In this document: positions 57,301 to 64,000 of the stretch, piece by piece
How positions within the stretch are numbered: the first letter of the stretch is position 1
Layout: the number at the start of each line of letters is the position of its first letter
From: Eledone cirrhosa
Lineage: Eukaryota
Direction: 5' to 3'
Length of the DNA: 64,000 bases
NCBI GenBank assembly: GCA_964016885.1
Contig: OZ024740.1
Span: 8,184,001 to 8,248,000 of the forward strand
Made by a program: the position numbers and the translations under genes
Notes under the pieces: model-generated
Told to the model about the DNA's origin: nothing
Database searches by the model: none
What the model saw: only the letters and a program-made list of their open reading frames with translations

Positions 57301-60300
57301 TATGTAAGTTTTCATTGGTATGTCAGTTTCGATTGGTATATCAGTTTCGATTTGTATGTCAATTTCAATTAGTATATCAGTTTCTATGGGTATATAAGTT
57401 TCAATTGGTATGTCAGTTTCTATTAGTATATCACTTTCTATCGGTATGTCAGTTTCTATTGGTATATCAGCTTCGATTGATATATCAGTTTCGATTAGTA
57501 TGTAAGTTTCTACTGGTAAGTCAGTTTGGATTGGTATGTCAGTTCCGATTGGTATGTCAGTTTCGATTGGTATGTCAATTTCGATTGGTATATCAGTTTC
57601 GATTACTATGTTAGTTTCTATTGGAATATCAGTTTCCATTGGTATATCAGTTTTGATTGGTATGTCAGTTTCTATTTTTATATCAGTTTCGACTGGTATA
57701 TCAGTTTCGATTAGTATAATCAGTTTCTATTGGTATGTCAGTTTCAATTGGTATATCAGTTTCGATTAGTATGTCAGTTTCTATTGCTATGTTAGTTTTG
57801 ATTAGTATATCAGTTTCTATTGGTATGTCACTTTCGATCGGTATGTCAGTTTCTATTGATATATCAGTTTTGATTGGTATATCAGTTTCGATTGGTATAT
57901 CAGTTTCGATTGGTATGTCAGTTTCTATTGGTATATCAGTTTCTATTGGTATGTCAGTTTTGATTGGTATGTCAGTTTCGATAGGTATGTCAGTTTTGAT
58001 TGGTATATCAGTTTTGATTGGTATGTCAGTTTCGATTGATATGTCAATTTCGATTGGTATATCAGTTCCGATTGGTATGTCAGTTTCGATTGGTATGTCA
58101 ATATCGATTGGTATATCAGTTTCGATTAGTATGTCAGTTTCTATTGGTATGTTAGTTTCGATTAGTATATCACTTTCTATTGGTATGTCAGTTTCGATTG
58201 GTATGTCAGTTTCTATTGATATATCAGTTTGATTGGTATATCAGTTTCGATTGGTATATCAGTTTCGATTGGTATTTCAATTTCTATTGGTATATCAGTT
58301 TCTATTGGTATGTCAGTTTTGATTGGTATATCAGTTTCGATTGGTATGTCAGTTTCGATTGGTATGTCAGATTCGATTGTTATATCAGTTCCGATTGGTA
58401 TGTCAGTTTTGATTGGTATATCAGTTTCTATTTGTATATCAGTTTCGATTGGTATATCAGTTTCGATTGTTATATCAGTTTCGATTGGTATATCAGTTTT
58501 GACTGGTATGTCTGTTTCGATTAGTATATCAGTTTCTATTGGTATGTCAGTTTCTATTGGTATATAGGTTTCGATTGGTATATCAGTTTCAATTAGTATG
58601 TCAGTTTCTATTAGTATGTTAGTTTCGATTAGTATATCAGTATCTATTAGTATGTCAGTTTTGATTGGTATATCAGTTTCAATTGGTATGTCAATTTCGA
58701 TTGGTATGTCAGTTTCGATTGGTATATCAGTTCCGATTGGTATGTCAGTTTCGATTGGTATCTCAGTTTCGATTGGTATAACAGTTCCGATTGGTATGTC
58801 AGTTTCGATTAGTATATCAGTTTCTATAGGTATGTTAGTTTCTATTGGTATATCAGTTTCGATTGGTATATCAGTTTCGATGGTATGTCAGTTTCGATTG
58901 GTATATCAGTTTCTATTGGTATATCAGTTTCGATTGATATATCAGTTTCGATTAGTATGTCAGTTTCGATTGGTATGTCAGTTTCGACTGGTATATCAGT
59001 TTCGATTAGTATAATCAGTTTCTATTGGTATGTCAATTACTATTGGTATATCAGTTTCGATTGGTATATCAGTTTCGACTGGTATGTCAGTTTCGATTAG
59101 TATATCAGTTTCTATTAGTATGTCACTTTCTACTGGTATGTCAGTTTGGATTGGTATGTCAGTTTCGATTGGTATCTCAGTTTCTACTGGTATATCAGTT
59201 TCGATTAGTATAATCAGTTTCTATTGGTATGTCAGTTACTATTGGTATATCAGTTTCGATTGGTATGTCACTTTCTATTGCTATGTTAGATTCGATTAGT
59301 ATATCAGTTTCTATTGGTATGTCAGTTTCGATCGGTATGTCAGTTTCTACTGATATATCAGTTTTGATAGGTATATCATTTTCGATTGGTACATCAGTTT
59401 CGATTGGTATGTCAGTTTCTATTGGTATATCAGTTTCTATTGGTATGTCAGTTTTCATTGGTATGTCAGTTTCGATTGGTATGTCAGTTTTGATTGGTAT
59501 ATCAGTTTCGATTGATGTGTCAGTTTGATTGGTATGTCAGTTTCGATTGGTATATCAGTTCCGATTGGTATATCAGTTCCGATTGGTATGTAAGTTTTCA
59601 TTGGTATGTCAGTTTCGATTGGTATATCAGTTTCGATTTGTATGTCAATTTCAATTAGTATATCAGTTTCTATGGGTATATAAGTTTCAATTGGTATGTC
59701 AGTTTCTATTAGTATATCAGTTTCTATCGGTATGTCAGTTTCTATTGGTATATCAGCTTCGATTGATATATCAGTTTCGATTAGTATGTAAGTTTCTACT
59801 GGTAAGTCAGTTTGGATTGGTATGTCAGTTCCGATTGGTATGTCAGTTTCGATTGGTATGTCAATTTCGATTGGTATATCAGTTTCGATTACTATGTTAG
59901 TTTCTATTGGAATATCAGTTTCCATTGGTATATCAGTTTCGATTGGTATGTCAGTTTCTATTTTTATATCAGTTTCGACTGGTATATCAGTTTCGATTAG
60001 TATAATCAGTTTCTATTGGTATGTCAGTTTCAATTGGTATATCAGTTTCGATTAGTATGTCAGTTTCTATTGCTATGTTAGTTTTGATTAGTATATCAGT
60101 TTCTATTGGTATGTCACTTTCGATCGGTATGTCAGTTTCTATTGATATATCAGTTTTGATTGGTATATCAGTTTCGATTGGTATATCAGTTTCGATTGGT
60201 ATGTCAGTTTCTATTGGTATATCAGTTTCTATTGGTATGTCAGTTTTGATTGGTATGTCAGTTTCGATAGGTATGTCAGTTTTGATTGGTATATCAGTTT

Positions 60301-63300
60301 TGATTGGTATGTCAGTTTCGATTGATATGTCAATTTCGATTGGTATATCAGTTCCGATTGGTATGTCAGTTTCGATTGGTATGTCAATATCGATTGGTAT
60401 ATCAGTTTCGATTAGTATGTCAGTTTCTATTGGTATGTTAGTTTCGATTAGTATATCACTTTCTATTGGTATGTCAGTTTCGATTGGTATGTCAGTTTCT
60501 ATTGATATATCAGTTTGATTGGTATATCAGTTTCGATTGGTATATCAGTTTCGATTGGTATTTCAATTTCTATTGGTATATCAGTTTCTATTGGTATGTC
60601 AGTTTTGATTGGTATATCAGTTTCGATTGGTATGTCAGTTTCGATTGGTATGTCAGATTCGATTGTTATATCAGTTCCGATTGGTATGTCAGTTTTGATT
60701 GGTATATCAGTTTCTATTTGTATATCAGTTTCGATTGGTATATCAGTTTCGATTGTTATATCAGTTTCGATTGGTATATCAGTTTTGACTGGTATGTCTG
60801 TTTCGATTAGTATATCAGTTTCTATTGGTATGTCAGTTTCTATTGGTATATAGGTTTCGATTGGTATATCAGTTTCAATTAGTATGTCAGTTTCTATTAG
60901 TATGTTAGTTTCGATTAGTATATCAGTATCTATTAGTATGTCAGTTTTGATTGGTATATCAGTTTCAATTGGTATGTCAATTTCGATTGGTATGTCAGTT
61001 TCGATTGGTATATCAGTTCCGATTGGTATGTCAGTTTCGATTGGTATCTCAGTTTCGATTGGTATAACAGTTCCGATTGGTATGTCAGTTTCGATTAGTA
61101 TATCAGTTTCTATAGGTATGTTAGTTTCTATTGGTATATCAGTTTCGATTGGTATATCAGTTTCGATGGTATGTCAGTTTCGATTGGTATATCAGTTTCT
61201 ATTGGTATATCAGTTTCGATTGATATATCAGTTTCGATTAGTATGTCAGTTTCGATTGGTATGTCAGTTTCGACTGGTATATCAGTTTCGATTAGTATAA
61301 TCAGTTTCTATTGGTATGTCAATTACTATTGGTATATCAGTTTCGATTGGTATATCAGTTTCGACTGGTATGTCAGTTTCGATTAGTATATCAGTTTCTA
61401 TTAGTATGTCACTTTCTACTGGTATGTCAGTTTGGATTGGTATGTCAGTTTCGATTGGTATCTCAGTTTCTACTGGTATATCAGTTTCGATTAGTATAAT
61501 CAGTTTCTATTGGTATGTCAGTTACTATTGGTATATCAGTTTCGATTGGTATGTCACTTTCTATTGCTATGTTAGATTCGATTAGTATATCAGTTTCTAT
61601 TGGTATGTCAGTTTCGATCGGTATGTCAGTTTCTACTGATATATCAGTTTTGATAGGTATATCATTTTCGATTGGTACATCAGTTTCGATTGGTATGTCA
61701 GTTTCTATTGGTATATCAGTTTCTATTGGTATGTCAGTTTTCATTGGTATGTCAGTTTCGATTGGTATGTCAGTTTTGATTGGTATATCAGTTTCGATTG
61801 ATGTGTCAGTTTGATTGGTATGTCAGTTTCGATTGGTATATCAGTTCCGATTGGTATATCAGTTCCGATTGGTATGTAAGTTTTCATTGGTATGTCAGTT
61901 TCGATTGGTATATCAGTTTCGATTTGTATGTCAATTTCAATTAGTATATCAGTTTCTATGGGTATATAAGTTTCAATTGGTATGTCAGTTTCTATTAGTA
62001 TATCAGTTTCTATCGGTATGTCAGTTTCTATTGGTATATCAGCTTCGATTGATATATCAGTTTCGATTAGTATGTAAGTTTCTACTGGTAAGTCAGTTTG
62101 GATTGGTATGTCAGTTCCGATTGGTATGTCAGTTTCGATTGGTATGTCAATTTCGATTGGTATATCAGTTTCGATTACTATGTTAGTTTCTATTGGAATA
62201 TCAGTTTCCATTGGTATATCAGTTTCGATTGGTATGTCAGTTTCTATTTTTATATCAGTTTCGACTGGTATATCAGTTTCGATTAGTATAATCAGTTTCT
62301 ATTGGTATGTCAGTTTCAATTGGTATATCAGTTTCGATTAGTATGTCAGTTTCTATTGCTATGTTAGTTTTGATTAGTATATCAGTTTCTATTGGTATGT
62401 CACTTTCGATCGGTATGTCAGTTTCTATTGATATATCAGTTTTGATTGGTATATCAGTTTCTATTGGTATATCAGTTTCTATTGGTATGTCAGTTTTGAT
62501 TGGTATGTCAGTTTCGATAGGTATGTCAGTTTTGATTGGTATATCAGTTTTGATTGGTATGTCAGTTTCGATTGATATGTCAATTTCGATTGGTATATCA
62601 GTTCCGATTGGTATGTCAGTTTCGATTGGTATGTCAATTTCGATTGGTATATCAGTTTCGATTAGTATGTCAGTTTCTATTGGTATGTTAGTTTCGATTA
62701 GTATATCACTTTCTATTGGTATGTCAGTTTCGATTGGTATGTCAGTTTCTATTGATATATCAGTTTGATTGGTATATCAGTTTCGATTGGTATATCAGTT
62801 TCGATTGGTATGTCAATTTCTATTGGTATATCAGTTTCTATTGGTATGTCAGTTTTGATTGGTATATCAGTTTCGATTGGTATGTCAGTTTCGATTGGTA
62901 TGTCAGATTCGATTGTTATATCAGTTCCGATTGGTATGTCAGTTTTGATTGGTATATCAGTTTCTATTTGTATATCAGTTTCGATTGGTATATCAGTTTC
63001 GATTGTTATATCAGTTTCGATTGGTATATCAGTTTTGACTGGTATGTCTGTTTCGATTAGTATATCAGTTTCTATTGGTATGTCAGTTTCTATTGGTATA
63101 TAGGTTTCGATTGGTATATCAGTTTCAATTAGTATGTCAGTTTCTATTAGTATGTTAGTTTCGATTAGTATATCAGTATCTATTAGTATGTCAGTTTTGA
63201 TTGGTATATCAGTTTCAATTGGTATGTCAATTTCGATTGGTATGTCAGTTTCGATTGGTATATCAGTTCCGATTGGTATGTCAGTTTCGATTGGTATCTC

Positions 63301-63600
63301 AGTTTCGATTGGTATAACAGTTCCGATTGGTATGTCAGTTTCGATTAGTATATCAGTTTCTATAGGTATGTTAGTTTCTATTGGTATATCAGTTTCGATT
63401 GGTATATCAGTTTCGATGGTATGTCAGTTTCGATTGGTATATCAGTTTCTATTGGTATATCAGTTTCGATTGATATATCAGTTTCGATTAGTATGTCAGT
63501 TTCGATTGGTATGTCAGTTTCGACTGGTATATCAGTTTCGATTAGTATAATCAGTTTCTATTGGTATGTCAATTACTATTGGTATATCAGTTTCGATTGG
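57300..63600. repeat. Tandem higher-order repeat, period 2286 bp (127 x 18), about 2.7 near-identical copies; the last copy is shortened by 36 bp (2250)
   Basis: ORF pairs 57526/59812/62098 (2286, 2286), 58180/60466/62716 (2286, 2250) and 58598/60884/63134. Markers TATATAGGTTTCG, CAGATTCG, CAATTACTATT, ATTACTATGTTAG and ATTGATGTGTCAGTTTG. Confidence 0.93.
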
Positions 63601-64000
63601 TATATCAGTTTCGATTAGTATGTCACTTTCTATTGCTATGTTAGATTCGATTAGTATATCAGTTTCTATTGGTATGTCAGTTTCAATTGGTATGTCAGTT
63701 TTGATTGGTATATCAGTTTCGATTGGTATATCAGTTTTGATTGGTATGTCAGTTTCGAATGGTATATCAGTTTCTATTGGTATGTCAGTTTTCATTGGTA
63801 TGTCAGTTTCGATTGGTATGTCAGTTTTGATTGGTATATCAGTTTCGATTGGTATGTCAGTTTCGATTGATATGTCAATTTCGATTGGTATATCAGTTCC
63901 GATTGGTATGTCAGTTTCGATTGGTATGTCAGTTTCGATTGGTATATCAGTTTCGATTAGTATGTCAGTTTCGATTGGTCTGTCAATTTCGATTGGTATA

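Larger units (their letters stand above)
1..64000. repeat. Tandem satellite array, 18-bp monomer, consensus ATTGGTAT(A/G)TCAGTTTC(G/T), about 3,550 copies, head-to-tail, running off both window ends
   Basis: Every line consists of the unit TCAGTTTCGATTGGTATR or a close variant. Common variants are spacer TTCT/TTTG/TCCG/TTCA/TTCC, ATTAGT, ATTGAT, GTTAG and TCAAT. All reported ORFs translate to hexapeptide repeats. No reverse-complement copies or non-repeat inserts were seen. Confidence 0.99.

Noticed and set aside
1-64000. CRISPR array
   Set aside because: There are no unique spacers between repeats, the 18-bp units are directly adjacent, and no cas genes or leader are present.
1-64000. Telomerase-synthesised telomeric tract (G/T-rich strand; long units occur in budding yeasts)
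   Set aside because: Kb-scale blocks with shared ordered variants indicate recombinational or replicative copying rather than templated addition. There is no GGG-type motif and no visible chromosome end. A subtelomeric location is not excluded.
1-64000. 6-bp or 9-bp sub-periodicity in the monomer (ATRTCA / GTTTCG / ATTGGT)
   Set aside because: Only about half the positions match between sub-units, too weak to support in an AT-rich 18-mer. The dyad description fits better.
1-64000. Information-bearing code in the A/G and spacer variant string, such as a variable cassette system
   Set aside because: The variant order is adequately explained by nested duplications. No recombinase, reverse transcriptase, expression site or unique flank is present in the window to support a programmed system.

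Overview
The whole 64 kb window is one uninterrupted, single-orientation tandem satellite array of about 3,550 copies (64000/18) of an 18-bp monomer, consensus ATTGGTATRTCAGTTTCG. The consensus is about 33-39% GC and strongly G+T-rich on the + strand. I see no unique sequence, gene, RNA gene, transposon, CRISPR spacer or inversion. All ORFs in the track (ISVSIG/MSVSIG, IPIETD, VYQFRL, YISFDW repeats) are best explained as by-products of an 18-bp period. The interest lies in the internal structure. (1) The monomer is a 14-bp quasi-palindrome (ATTGGTA|TRTCAGT) plus a highly variable 4-nt spacer (TTCG), and the + strand can pair fully if G-T/G-U wobbles are allowed. (2) The array has nested higher-order structure: a 6-monomer cassette in four diverged flavours, a ~1.4 kb cycle, and recent 0.6-4.5 kb block duplications. 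(3) It falls into spatial domains with private marker variants, and the two flanks share variants the centre lacks. (4) Indels repeatedly cancel out, so the 18-bp register is often restored. The source organism and function (centromeric, pericentromeric or subtelomeric satellite) cannot be determined from the sequence alone. Block boundaries were read by eye and from ORF-track offsets, so they are approximate.
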